DNA from: a virus
Strand: one strand, 5' to 3'
IMG/VR virus record: IMGVR_UViG_3300005669_000010
Coordinates: 1,139 to 65,138 of that record
DNA: 64,000 nucleotides
The translations under genes and the position numbers were made by a program. Positions 28,165 to 37,921 of the stretch are shown one piece after another. The notes under the pieces are model-generated. The model saw only the letters and a list, made by a program, of their open reading frames with translations. It did not search any database and was not told the DNA's origin. Position 1 is the first letter of the stretch. The number at the start of each line of letters is the position of its first letter.

Positions 28165-28658
28165 CAGATCAACCTTCGCGGGCGGGGGCCGTAGCCGATG
28201 GTTGTAAAGTCTTTGTAGAAGTCACCTACCAACGAGGTGTCGTCCTCGTTGTGGATCATAGGACCCGTAACTGAGTCTCCGTCGTCGCCGTTGTCGATGA
28301 GCTCTGCTCCGACGAGGATGGGATCAAGGTTTGCGAGTCTCTTGAGAATGGCATATGCCTCATCGAGCATTCGCTTTCCGTAGGCATTCAGATTGTCCTG
28401 CTCGCCAACTGCTGCAACGTCGAGAATGAATCGACCGCTCGCTATGAGCCAGTTGAGCTTCTTGAGAATAAGAATCGTTGGACGATTCTCGTTGCTGGAA
28501 GCAATGACAAACGGGGTCACATAAACGTGACCCAATGCAGCTTCGATTTCCTCAGCTGCAAGCTTGATGTACTGCTCTTTGGTCTGGTAACTCGGAGGTG
28601 CAAGATCTCCGGTTCGCAGGTCCGTCAAAGCGCAATAAGCATCTGCTACGTTTGCCAT
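28164..28658 (-). CDS. head-to-tail adaptor (Mu gp36-like)
   Basis: AYC...DL...AAEEIEAALG..Y..P; position after the capsid gene. Confidence 0.7.
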   Translation of the reverse strand: MANVADAYCALTDLRTGDLAPPSYQTKEQYIKLAAEEIEAALGHVYVTPFVIASSNENRPTILILKKLNWLIASGRFILDVAAVGEQDNLNAYGKRMLDEAYAILKRLANLDPILVGAELIDNGDDGDSVTGPMIHNEDDTSLVGDFYKDFTTIGYGPRPRRLI

Positions 28659-28689
28659 TGCTTCCTCGATCTACTTGGTGGACTGGTTC

Positions 28690-28974
28690 TCAGCTGGCGG
28701 GCGGAGTGGCGGGGGGGGTCGGGGTAGAGGGCGTCGACTTCGTCGAAGACTCCTCTTCCTTCACTTCCTCTTCCTCCACGTCACCTTCGGGAGTCGCACC
28801 CTGCGAGGTGTCGACGTCCTTGGTCACGTACTGCGACTCGACCTTCTTGTCGGCACCCTTCTCAGCGAGGTACGGGCGCTCGGTCTCGTTCGCGAAGTTC
28901 TGGTAGATCGGGTCAACCCCGATGAAGCCGTTGTCGGAAGGCTGCGGGTCGGTTCCCTTGATCAGCTTGGACAT
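28690..28974 (-). CDS. small acidic hypothetical protein
   Basis: AAGGAG RBS; GVDPIYQNFANETERP. Confidence 0.75.
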   Translation of the reverse strand: MSKLIKGTDPQPSDNGFIGVDPIYQNFANETERPYLAEKGADKKVESQYVTKDVDTSQGATPEGDVEEEEVKEEESSTKSTPSTPTPPATPPAS

Positions 28975-29001
28975 TTTTCTTCTCCTTGATCTTTGAGGTC
29001 A

Positions 29002-29036
29002 AGGGCGGGGCTGCCGGAATCCGACAACCCCGCCCT
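29002..29036 (-). terminator. stem-loop after the major capsid gene
   Basis: AGGGCGGGG...CCCCGCCCT. Confidence 0.7.
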
Positions 29037-29043
29037 CAGGTGA

Positions 29044-30294
29044 TCAGCTCGGGAGGACGACGTCCACCGTGGCGCTGTACTCCAGGTGCGGGAACACCGG
29101 GAACATCTTGACGCCGTTTCCGACGTCCTGACCCCACGGGTCCTTGGTGCCCTGCTCCCACTCGTAGAAGCCGGACTGCCAGTTGCCCTCGGGGTGCGGC
29201 GAGGTCAAGGTCTTGGCCCAGCCGATCTTCGTGGTGGCGATCTCCGCCAGATCCTGCATGTTCGGCAGCAGGATCAGTCGGGTCGTCGGGAGGAACCGGT
29301 TTGCGGTGACCGTGTTCGATCCGATCGGACGAGTCCGGTAGACCGAATCGTACTCGCGGAGGCTGATCCCCGTCGAGGCCTCCACGACCTGACGCGCAGC
29401 TGCTGGAGACCAGCCAGCCGTGGCGTACAGGAGATCAGGCGCACCGGCGTTGCCCGCAGAGTCGTACACGGCACCAAGGCCCGCACGCTGCGAGAACTTC
29501 TCCGACAGCCAGAACTGGTTGAAGATCTTCTTCGAACCGATGGCGCTGCCGAGGCGAACGCCATAGGTGTCGTAGAACCACTCCGACAGTTCGGTGAAGA
29601 ACCGGATGGGGTCGAAGGTCGCGCCCGAGATATCCCAGACGCCATCGACGATTCCCGCCTTGGCGACATCGAATGCCGCGTTTCCGGCCGACTGGTTCGC
29701 GGGCCGACCGTACTGGACCGTGAACTTGATCTTGCCATCGTTGTAGACGATCTCACCGTTGCCGAGAGCGTTCAGAACCATCCACTCGCGCCGATTGTCG
29801 AGCTTGCGACGACGAAGGGCACGGTCGCGAGCGACCTTGCTGTTCCAGTCCTGCAGGGCGGAGTCGACCAGGAGGGGAAGGCTGCCGTTCTGCATCGCCT
29901 CGGCGATGCGACGAAGCTCCCGCGCCCGGTTCACGTCCGAGGCATCGTAGTGATCCTTGAGGGACCAGTCGATGACACTCGCACGACCCTGACCGGCAGT
30001 GACGTCGTCCTTCTGGGCCAGCTCCGACTCCGCGTCCTCGGCACGAGCCGGGGCCAGACCGTCAACCTGCACGGTCAGGTAGTCGAAGATGACATCGTCG
30101 GTTTCGACCGGCAGCCACGGGGCGAGATCGTTGCTGATGTGCTCGAAGGGAGGGTCGATCTCTCGGATGGCTCCGAGCGACGTCTCCTTCCGAACCAGGC
30201 GATCCTGTCCGATGGTGCTGGCGTTCTGCAGCTGGCTCACGTCGCCACCCGCCTGCGTGAAGGCAGCGAGCGCAGCCTCGAAAGCAGTACTCAT
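29044..30294 (-). CDS. major capsid protein (lambda gpE-like)
   Basis: LAPAR, RREWM..AL..G, DP, C-terminal DP......FPV; strong codon bias. Confidence 0.92.
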   Translation of the reverse strand: MSTAFEAALAAFTQAGGDVSQLQNASTIGQDRLVRKETSLGAIREIDPPFEHISNDLAPWLPVETDDVIFDYLTVQVDGLAPARAEDAESELAQKDDVTAGQGRASVIDWSLKDHYDASDVNRARELRRIAEAMQNGSLPLLVDSALQDWNSKVARDRALRRRKLDNRREWMVLNALGNGEIVYNDGKIKFTVQYGRPANQSAGNAAFDVAKAGIVDGVWDISGATFDPIRFFTELSEWFYDTYGVRLGSAIGSKKIFNQFWLSEKFSQRAGLGAVYDSAGNAGAPDLLYATAGWSPAAARQVVEASTGISLREYDSVYRTRPIGSNTVTANRFLPTTRLILLPNMQDLAEIATTKIGWAKTLTSPHPEGNWQSGFYEWEQGTKDPWGQDVGNGVKMFPVFPHLEYSATVDVVLPS

Positions 30295-30311
30295 TGTGCG
30301 TTCGTCCCTTC

Positions 30312-30761
30312 TCACTTCGCCTGGATGGAGAGACCCTTGGTCCCTCGCATGGCGTCGATGGTCGTGTTGGTCAGCGTGATGCGAGCACCTGCCGCATTCC
30401 GCTCGAAGCACCACGCCTGAACCACGGTGGCCTCGTAGGTCACCGCGATCTCGTTGTCGTGCTCCATCAGCTGCCAGGGCAGCCAGGTGTCGTTCAGACC
30501 GACGATGTTCGCCAGGGTCTGGCGTCCGTCCGTGGCATCAGCCTGGAACGGGCCGACCTTTCCGGCGTCGCCACCGGAAGTGATCTTTGCCATGACCTCG
30601 CCCGGCAGAAGAACCTTCTGCACGACTCCGTCGATGGTCTCGTTGGGGACGGTGGCGGCTGCAACCGTGTACGACTCCTTCTTGACGTCCTGCGTCGAGC
30701 GCAGGTACTCGTTGGAGCCGAACGGCTTACGCTGGCCACCACCCTTACTAAAGGAAGGCAT
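30312..30761 (-). CDS. head decoration protein (lambda gpD-like)
   Basis: GEVMAKITSG...GK.GP....ATDGRQ..VGL; between protease and capsid genes. Confidence 0.85.
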   Translation of the reverse strand: MPSFSKGGGQRKPFGSNEYLRSTQDVKKESYTVAAATVPNETIDGVVQKVLLPGEVMAKITSGGDAGKVGPFQADATDGRQTLANIVGLNDTWLPWQLMEHDNEIAVTYEATVVQAWCFERNAAGARITLTNTTIDAMRGTKGLSIQAK

Positions 30762-30797
30762 CCTGTCTCCTCTTTCGTTTCTGGGTTCTCGTCAGGC

Positions 30798-32120
30798 TCA
30801 GTTGCCTGCGAGCTGGGCCTCGAGCTTGGCCAGCTCCTTGAAGGAATCCTTGGCTTCGATCTGCTCTTCGGAGAGGCCCGAGTCGCGATGCGACTGGACG
30901 ATCTCACGAAGGGTACTGATTCGGGCCTCGATTTCCGACTTGGCGCTGTCGTTCTGGGGGGCGGACTCATCCCCCGCAGCCGTGCCATGCGTCTCGAACA
31001 ACTTGCTCGCCGGGGCGGCCTCCATCGTGGCCTTCCAGGCAGCGAACTGCTCAGACGAGAGGCTGAGTGCGAACGCCTCGGTCGCAGTCAGGTTCTCGTC
31101 ATTGGCAAGGATCTTGTTCTCCTTGACCAGCTTGGCGACGAACTCCTTGCGAGCGCTCTCGATGGCCTCCGTACGGAAGGTCTCGAGTCCGCTCACATGG
31201 TTCGCGAGTGCCTCGAAGTCGAACACCTGGGTGTCGCCCTCGGCCTTCACGAAGTTTCGGAGAGCGTCCGGCACCTGTGCCTGCACTGCCGGGGCAGCGG
31301 GCGCGCTCGCAGCAGCCGGGGGCTGTGCGGCAGGCGGCGGAGTGCTCTGCTTCTTGTTTGGGTCCTCACCCGTCATCTGAGCCTCCTCGACTCGATTGGT
31401 AATGGTGACGTGCTTTCCGCCCGCCGCCAGCTTCTCGGGAGGCGTCTTGAGGAACGCCTCCACCTCCGAGGCAGACCACTTGTTGCTTGCCTCTTCGGGC
31501 TCGTCTTCATCCTCTTCGGGGTTGTCGACAACCTCGTCGACAAGTCCGGCGTCGAGTGCTTCGTTGCCGGAATACCACTCGTCACCGGCGCGCATGATGT
31601 CTCGCCAGCTGGTGATAGTTCCCTGTCCCGAACGAACAGCGTAGATGTCAGCGATGTTGTCACTGACACGATCCAAAAGATCCGCAGCCTTTCGCATCTG
31701 CTCTGCATTGCCGCCTGCATAGGCAGTGGCGTCATGGATCATGACCTGAGCGTTGCGAGTCGACATTCGCGTATCAGCCGCCTGAAGAATGAAGCTGGCA
31801 GCAGACGCGGCCAGCCCATCGACGATGGCCGTGACAGTCGCCTTGTGGTTCTTCAGGGATGCGTAGATCGCGAGTCCATCGAACACCGATCCACCGGGGC
31901 TGTTCAGGTGAAGTTCGATCTGATCGGAGTCGATCTCATTCAGGAGTGCCGCAAAGTCCTTGGCACTGGTTCCCCAGTAGCCGATCTCGTCGTAGATATA
32001 GACCTTAGTTGCCTCGCTCTTGGTTTTCGCATTGACAATGCGGAACCAGTCAGCACCGTCGGCTGGAGGGGTTCCTCTCATCGCGAACGTCAGGAGGTCG
32101 ATCTGGGTCATGGGTGCCAC
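30798..32120 (-). CDS. ClpP-type head maturation protease fused to scaffold
   Basis: LNSPGGSVFDG, DGLAASAAS, MIH, EALDAGLVD; helical C-terminus. Confidence 0.92.
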   Translation of the reverse strand: MAPMTQIDLLTFAMRGTPPADGADWFRIVNAKTKSEATKVYIYDEIGYWGTSAKDFAALLNEIDSDQIELHLNSPGGSVFDGLAIYASLKNHKATVTAIVDGLAASAASFILQAADTRMSTRNAQVMIHDATAYAGGNAEQMRKAADLLDRVSDNIADIYAVRSGQGTITSWRDIMRAGDEWYSGNEALDAGLVDEVVDNPEEDEDEPEEASNKWSASEVEAFLKTPPEKLAAGGKHVTITNRVEEAQMTGEDPNKKQSTPPPAAQPPAAASAPAAPAVQAQVPDALRNFVKAEGDTQVFDFEALANHVSGLETFRTEAIESARKEFVAKLVKENKILANDENLTATEAFALSLSSEQFAAWKATMEAAPASKLFETHGTAAGDESAPQNDSAKSEIEARISTLREIVQSHRDSGLSEEQIEAKDSFKELAKLEAQLAGN

Positions 32121-32158
32121 CTTACCTAGTTGTATGTGTCCCCGTCCAGCAATGGCCG

Positions 32159-32422
32159 CTAGACGTTTGGTGATTGTGTGCCTGTTGACTGTACTTCACT
32201 GAGTAGAGCATCACTCTCGCGAAAAATGATCCTGTGCCATCTCAAGCAATTCCGACACCTTATCTTGGCTACCCCTCGTTCGAAGATGAGTTCACCATAG
32301 ATTCTGTTCTGCTTCCAGATCTTTACGTGAACAAAAAGTGTCCCCTTCTTGTCTACTCCGTAAGTAGCAAGAAGTGGCTCACCTCTGCAGAAGCATCGAA
32401 GCTCCTTCTCGCGGCGAGCCAT
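32159..32422 (-). CDS. small Zn-ribbon protein (Mu Com-like pattern)
   Basis: ELRCFC...LLA...IRCRNC. Confidence 0.6.
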   Translation of the reverse strand: MARREKELRCFCRGEPLLATYGVDKKGTLFVHVKIWKQNRIYGELIFERGVAKIRCRNCLRWHRIIFRESDALLSEVQSTGTQSPNV

Positions 32423-32423
32423 A

Positions 32424-34085
32424 TTACGCCCTGGAAAAAAGCTCGATGGATGAGTCAATCTTAGACTCAAACATCTTCATGTAGTTGGCAGGCGTCTCGT
32501 ACTCACCTGCTCCAAGTGCGGTTGTCCGTGTGAGCCAGTTGTCCATCATGTCATACAGGTCATCAACTCGATCGCCAGTCTTCGTGAGACCCAGCTTTCG
32601 CAAGCTGTCGGCAAGCTGTCGCTTGTATCCCATCTGAGGCTGAAACCCTACTGACCCAAAGGTTCCGTTCCTGAACCCCTTTTCGACCTGCAAGCGAACG
32701 CGCTTGACAATGAGTCGCTTGATCTCGGCGGTCTGATCTTCAGCACTCTTGTCAGGCTCTTCCTCGGCAGGCGGCGCCTGCTCGGTGTCGGTAACAACCT
32801 CGATCTCCTCGATGGACAGACCAGTCATCTCTCCAAGCTCTCGGGTGTCAAAGGCAATTGCACCCTTTTCAAGAAGTGCACTGATGATGGACTGAAGCAG
32901 CTGGCTGTTCGTCTTGCCCATCTTTGTGAATACAATTCGAGCGGGGATTGCCTTGCCGTTGAAGTTGTATCCAACAATGGGACGAATGATGTACTTGTTG
33001 ATGTAGTCAGCCCAGTCGCCCGAGATGGCATTCAGCATCCACTGGTAGACCTGTGTGTGCTGTGTGCCAAGGTTGTACGAACCAACGTCCGCCGTCCGCA
33101 TCATCAAGATGGGAGTGAACATCGCAAGTGACATCTCTTCATCAAGCCGCGTCATGTAGCGCTCGAAATCAGCGCCGCGCATTTGCGATTCGAGGTACTC
33201 GATCTGGTAGTCAAACGAGGGATTCGCCTCGTCGGAGATCTGGGTGCGATCGTTCGGTAGGACAACTGTCGAACGGTTCCGCAGTGCCTGGAGAAGGATC
33301 GCCATGAGCTTGTTGCCCTTGACTGACTCCCCGTTGACGTCGATCTCATCTTCGTAAGGAGCACGGCCAACCGGGGTGGGCTCTCCATACCGCTCGAAGT
33401 ATCGGTTCGCGAACAGGTGAAGAAGGATGGAAAAGAACCAAGGCTGGAATGCCGACTCAAGAAGACGACGACCGTAGTAGTTTCCGTTCTCCATCAGGAG
33501 GGGATACCAGTACGAGTTCTCGACCGGAATCTTCTCGAAGGCTCCCCACTGGTCAATGCCGTCATAGATCTTGTGAACAGCAATGCCACCGTTCTTGGTG
33601 GGCGTCTTGATCTTCTTCCAGTTGACCTTGCAGTCCTCGGGAATCAAATCCTTGATCTTGTTGAGAACTACCTCGCGTCCGTTGAGGTCGTTCTCCCACT
33701 GAAGAACGTTTGGACTGTATCCAGCCCAGAGTGCTTGAGACTGTGCACGAACAAGTCGAGACCAAACATTGCGAAGCTGGTTTTCAACGAGGTCTGCGAC
33801 ACCCTGCCGGGGAGACTCGATGTGCCAGTCCATCTGGTGCATCATGAACGTCAGAATCGAAAGAGAGGAGTTGATCTGGTAGTGCCCGCGCATCTGACGG
33901 AAGTCGGCCAGTGTCAACTTGCTCGTGTCAAATGCGATGGCTCCGCCTCCTGGGAGACTGAGCATCGGAACGTCATCTCCCGCCCAGTTGCCGTATCGCT
34001 CGCCAAGCGCTGGCGGCTTGACCTTCTTGTTCTCAAGGTCCTTGCTACTGATGGGCTTTCCGTTCGGCCCGAGCAGTCCTGTCAC
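32424..34085 (-). CDS. portal protein (DUF935 / Mu gp29-like)
   Basis: GYS..L.W, YG..LL, ERYG.P..VG, IEYLE, GSYNLGTQH. Confidence 0.9.
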   Translation of the reverse strand: MTGLLGPNGKPISSKDLENKKVKPPALGERYGNWAGDDVPMLSLPGGGAIAFDTSKLTLADFRQMRGHYQINSSLSILTFMMHQMDWHIESPRQGVADLVENQLRNVWSRLVRAQSQALWAGYSPNVLQWENDLNGREVVLNKIKDLIPEDCKVNWKKIKTPTKNGGIAVHKIYDGIDQWGAFEKIPVENSYWYPLLMENGNYYGRRLLESAFQPWFFSILLHLFANRYFERYGEPTPVGRAPYEDEIDVNGESVKGNKLMAILLQALRNRSTVVLPNDRTQISDEANPSFDYQIEYLESQMRGADFERYMTRLDEEMSLAMFTPILMMRTADVGSYNLGTQHTQVYQWMLNAISGDWADYINKYIIRPIVGYNFNGKAIPARIVFTKMGKTNSQLLQSIISALLEKGAIAFDTRELGEMTGLSIEEIEVVTDTEQAPPAEEEPDKSAEDQTAEIKRLIVKRVRLQVEKGFRNGTFGSVGFQPQMGYKRQLADSLRKLGLTKTGDRVDDLYDMMDNWLTRTTALGAGEYETPANYMKMFESKIDSSIELFSRA

Positions 34086-34100
34086 GAGTACACTCCTCTG

Positions 34101-35975
34101 CTAACGCAGTCCGTGTGGGATTGGGAAGGTTGGCATTCCAAAGCTTGGCGGGACTGGCGCCTTTAGGCCAGAATCGTCAAGTCCGGGCAGTCCGCCCCCT
34201 GATCCGACATCTCCGTATCCGAAGGGGTCATCCGAGTCGAATACACTCGAACCTTCAGAAGTTGACTTTGAGGATACACGACGACGGTATGATCTGTCAC
34301 CCATCAACGTAGTCACAACTCCGGCGATGCCGTCTGCAACATCTTTTGATCCATTGACAGGGTGGTCAATCTTTCTTCCCGTGTCCTCAAGCTCTGTGAT
34401 CTCCTTGAAGGCAATGTTCACAAGTTCACCTTCACCTGCCGTTATGTAAGTCATGTACGGCGGAATGTCAATGCGCTCTTCGTAGATCGCGTCACGCATA
34501 TCTTCATAAGGAAGCTTTGACTTGTCGATCGAAAGATAGTTAACCTTGAAGCGCTTCTTGCGAAGCTGCTGGCGGGTGTCAGTGGACTGGAACCCGTCCA
34601 TCGAGACGTTTTGGATTCTGAACCCACGCTTCTTCAAGTCATAGATGTAGTTTCGAAGCTCACTGATCAAGACTTCTTGTCCGGGCGAAGCCTTGACTCT
34701 GATGATTGCGTCGATGACGATGTAAGGCTTTTCGTCCTCGTCTTCGTCGGTTCTGACCATATGAGAAACATGCCCCATGACGATACCCGCCGCGTCACCG
34801 TTGCCGCTGTAACCGATATCTAGGTGAACAGCCCTGCGTAGCGGGGTAGGCGAGCGAAACCACTCCGCAAGGGCGGGGTGGCGCGGGTCCGGGCCGACCG
34901 GCTGCTCCTCGCCGTATCGCTCCGTCCACCTTTCGAAGCACTCTTCTACCTTGTGGACCAACGAGATAAATGCCGAGCCAGCCTGAGGCGGAATCCCAGC
35001 CAGGTCGCGGAGGGCCTGCTCAGGCTTGTTTCTGAAGTTCTTCTCGTAGACCCTTGGAATCTCGAAGATGTGATCTGGATAACCAAGGAGTCCAGCTGCC
35101 TCTTTGCTGACGATCTCCTTGCGCTTTGAGTCGTACCAGAACGAGTTTCTTGTGCCATCTGGATTTAGGTACTCGGGGAAGTCCCAGCCGAGTGACTCCC
35201 AGATCGTCATACGAACCGTATGAGCATTCTCTGGGTCCTCGTTAAGCTCCTTGTACTTCTTGGCCGCAAAGCCGTTAGCCTTCTTCATCTGTCCAACAGT
35301 CAGAAGAAAGCCCCTCGACTGGAAGCGAGAATCAATACGACCGTTGATCGTATTCCAGCCGTCGTCGCCGTAGTCCTTGTTCTGTGTGACCTTGTGTGAA
35401 TCAGCCTCATCTAGGATACCGCCAAGAATGTTGTAACCCTCGAACGATGTCTCCTGGGAGCTGCCGGGAAGAATCCAGATGTCTTTGTCAAATCGAATCT
35501 GATTCTTAAAGTCGGGATCATACGGGAAGTTATCTCGGAACCAAGGCGAGTACTGAATACGAGCCTTTACATCTCCGAACACCGTCTCCTTTGCCTGGTC
35601 CTCGGAAGTACTCATCATCATGAACGCGATACGAGAGCCCGGAAGAAGATTGAAGTAGCCCTGCGGGTCCTTGAGGCAAAGAACCCAGTGAACCATGTAA
35701 GGCAGGATCACAGATGCCATCGTCGTCTTGCCGATACCGATGGCACCTGTGAACATACCCCAACGGTACTTAGCAATTCGCTTGCCATTGGCCTCTGTCC
35801 CAAAAAGCTCAATAAGCTCGGCGCGAACGCCGGGCCGAATGCCTGATGCAATATTGAGATAGTCGGGACCGAGAAACTCTTCGATCGAAGCAGGCTTCTC
35901 GTTGAACCAGTGATGATCCTGCAGCCACTGGAGGTCGGCTGCAATCTTCGCTTGGTCCCATACCGCCGATGTCAC
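34101..35975 (-). CDS. terminase large subunit
   Basis: Walker A GAIGIGKT, Walker B ILDE, nuclease HLD...DA.G, DGFQS, IDHP..GSKDVAD; GTGA start overlap. Confidence 0.93.
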   Translation of the reverse strand: MTSAVWDQAKIAADLQWLQDHHWFNEKPASIEEFLGPDYLNIASGIRPGVRAELIELFGTEANGKRIAKYRWGMFTGAIGIGKTTMASVILPYMVHWVLCLKDPQGYFNLLPGSRIAFMMMSTSEDQAKETVFGDVKARIQYSPWFRDNFPYDPDFKNQIRFDKDIWILPGSSQETSFEGYNILGGILDEADSHKVTQNKDYGDDGWNTINGRIDSRFQSRGFLLTVGQMKKANGFAAKKYKELNEDPENAHTVRMTIWESLGWDFPEYLNPDGTRNSFWYDSKRKEIVSKEAAGLLGYPDHIFEIPRVYEKNFRNKPEQALRDLAGIPPQAGSAFISLVHKVEECFERWTERYGEEQPVGPDPRHPALAEWFRSPTPLRRAVHLDIGYSGNGDAAGIVMGHVSHMVRTDEDEDEKPYIVIDAIIRVKASPGQEVLISELRNYIYDLKKRGFRIQNVSMDGFQSTDTRQQLRKKRFKVNYLSIDKSKLPYEDMRDAIYEERIDIPPYMTYITAGEGELVNIAFKEITELEDTGRKIDHPVNGSKDVADGIAGVVTTLMGDRSYRRRVSSKSTSEGSSVFDSDDPFGYGDVGSGGGLPGLDDSGLKAPVPPSFGMPTFPIPHGLR

Positions 35976-36316
35976 CGGCACTCGCCCCTTGCTACTGCAA
36001 GTCGATGACGATGAACTCGAACTGCACCATGACAAAGGGCAACCGTCGTGACGATAAAGTACGGCCAGAAGGAGAGGACTCGCCAACCGGGCTCGGTCCC
36101 GCGAATCAGAACTTCCGACAGACTGAAGATGATCGCAATGATCCCGGCGAACGCCGCCAAGGCCCAGAGCTCGAGTTCGCGAATCTTGTGATGATTCTTG
36201 CACTGGCGATTCAGCACAACATCAAGTACCCCAAAGTACACAAGCGAGAGAAAGAGAACACTTGCCCAGGCCAGATTGAAGTATCGGGCCAACTGTAGCC
36301 ATTCTTCAGTCGTCAC
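35972..36316 (-). CDS. 3-TM membrane protein
   Basis: Three hydrophobic segments; coupled to both neighbours. Confidence 0.65.
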   Translation of the reverse strand: MTTEEWLQLARYFNLAWASVLFLSLVYFGVLDVVLNRQCKNHHKIRELELWALAAFAGIIAIIFSLSEVLIRGTEPGWRVLSFWPYFIVTTVALCHGAVRVHRHRLAVARGECR

Positions 36317-37691
36317 GACCTAGCACCTTTCCCTCGATAATCTTCGGAGCCGCTTGCGCTCCTGCCATTTCAGCAAGAAGGCCGGAGACCATCTCAGGTG
36401 TAATCTCGCCGCGAGGAATGCCACGCATCTCCAACTCGCGCACGATAGAGCCAACCACCTGATTCGGCGTTGCTGCCTGAACCGCAGCCGCTCCACCCTG
36501 GCTCACATTGACCTGCACACTGGGACCCGAGAACCTCTGTGGATCAATCAGCTTTGCCAGCTTGCTGCCGTTTGTGAACAACTGGTTTGCAATCTTGGTG
36601 ACTTCGGGATCAAGTTCGCCGTACAGATTCTCTTCTGCAACACCACGATCCAGGCGGCGAGCCTGAAGTGCGAGGAGTGTTCCGAGTCCGTCGATGATCT
36701 GATCCGCGTCACGGGTGTTGAAGTGCTTTGCCAGCTCGGCTGGCTCTGATCCTGGCACTGAGCACACACTCCCTTGTCGATAGTACTTGCAATTGTTCTG
36801 AAGACTGCAGCTGTCGCAGTTAATCTTGTCCGTCGGCTGTGCCACCATTGGCTTCGTGAAAGGCGAATTGCTCTTCACGGTTGGCACAGGAACGGACTTG
36901 CTTGTGATGTCCGGTGCAGCACTCTTCAAGGCTGCAACGGTTGCCTGTCGGGACGCGAAGGCTACATTCTCCATGTAGTTCTCGGACGCCCAAATGGCCG
37001 ACTTGATGTTGTAGATGCAGCGGTTTCGTGGTTCACGAGTAAGGTCGATCGGCTTCATGCCAAGCATGGTCACCCACTGAGGGACCGCTACTGTCCGTTC
37101 CGCGAGGAGCTCCTTGCCGCTGGGAAGCGTAACCTTACCCTTTCCAGCGTTCGTGCGAGGATCAACGTCAGTCGCCCCAAAGCCCATCCCAAAAGATATC
37201 CGCCAGCTGTACAAACCGTGGATATGAAGTTTGCACTGGGGGTAGTCCTCTTGGAGTTCCTTGAGCTTGCGAATAAGCGCTCGCCCTGCTCCGGTTCCAG
37301 CTGCGGGGGTGTTGATGACAACAACTCGATGCTCCTGTCCCATGACTGGACGCTCGTCGTCCGAGACGGTTGGGTCATTGCAGGCGTCAGCGTCCTCGCC
37401 GATGGGATACTCCATCATCTCTTCGAGAAGCTCTAGATTCTCAACCGACGCATCCCACGTTGGGTAAACCCCGACAGGCTTATCCCAGTTTGCCTTGACG
37501 TACTCGGCAGTGCCCTGCTCGCCCACGAGGAGGACTCGCCAGTCCTTGTCGGGGAAGTAGGCAGCAGCGTGCTTAAGGGGATCAATCCTGCGCTTGACGC
37601 ACAGGCCACGATCCCAAGCGATTCTTGCTACTCCTACTTCAGCGAGCTCTCTGATGTAGTTATGGGGATTGCGAAACCATACTTCGGTCAT
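36306..37691 (-). CDS. hypothetical protein: possible degenerate TGT-like barrel, C4 Zn finger and helical C-terminus; first gene of the virion operon
   Basis: VYPTW...ENLELLEE, KLHIHGL...DVD, CDSC....C.......C; function uncertain. Confidence 0.6.
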   Translation of the reverse strand: MTEVWFRNPHNYIRELAEVGVARIAWDRGLCVKRRIDPLKHAAAYFPDKDWRVLLVGEQGTAEYVKANWDKPVGVYPTWDASVENLELLEEMMEYPIGEDADACNDPTVSDDERPVMGQEHRVVVINTPAAGTGAGRALIRKLKELQEDYPQCKLHIHGLYSWRISFGMGFGATDVDPRTNAGKGKVTLPSGKELLAERTVAVPQWVTMLGMKPIDLTREPRNRCIYNIKSAIWASENYMENVAFASRQATVAALKSAAPDITSKSVPVPTVKSNSPFTKPMVAQPTDKINCDSCSLQNNCKYYRQGSVCSVPGSEPAELAKHFNTRDADQIIDGLGTLLALQARRLDRGVAEENLYGELDPEVTKIANQLFTNGSKLAKLIDPQRFSGPSVQVNVSQGGAAAVQAATPNQVVGSIVRELEMRGIPRGEITPEMVSGLLAEMAGAQAAPKIIEGKVLGRDD

Positions 37692-37848
37692 AAGGCAATC
37701 CTCTCGGCAGCGGGCATGGAGTGCATCCTAGCACGACGACCCTATGACGAAGGAAGCACCTCCGACTATCGGGTTAAATCCATGACTCTTGCCTCGAATC
37801 AGTCGAAAAAAAATCTACCTACTATTGCCCCCGGCGGGGGGTGAATAG

Positions 37849-37878
37849 TTGACCAAACCCACCCGGCCCCTGTAGGAT
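37849..37878 (+). promoter_or_regulatory. sigmaA-type promoter of the primase-helicase operon
   Basis: TTGACC-N18-TAGGAT in the divergent intergenic region. Confidence 0.6.
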
Positions 37879-37921
37879 AGTAGTATCTTGCCGCTCCCCA
37901 TCAGCATCGAAGGGCATCACC

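Noticed and set aside
29086..32129. 444-aa and 611-aa + strand ORFs
   Set aside because: Antisense shadows of the capsid, decoration and protease genes
35976..36203. N-terminal extension of the terminase in the ORF track
   Set aside because: Overlaps a plausible membrane gene; the GTGA-coupled start at 35975 fits better
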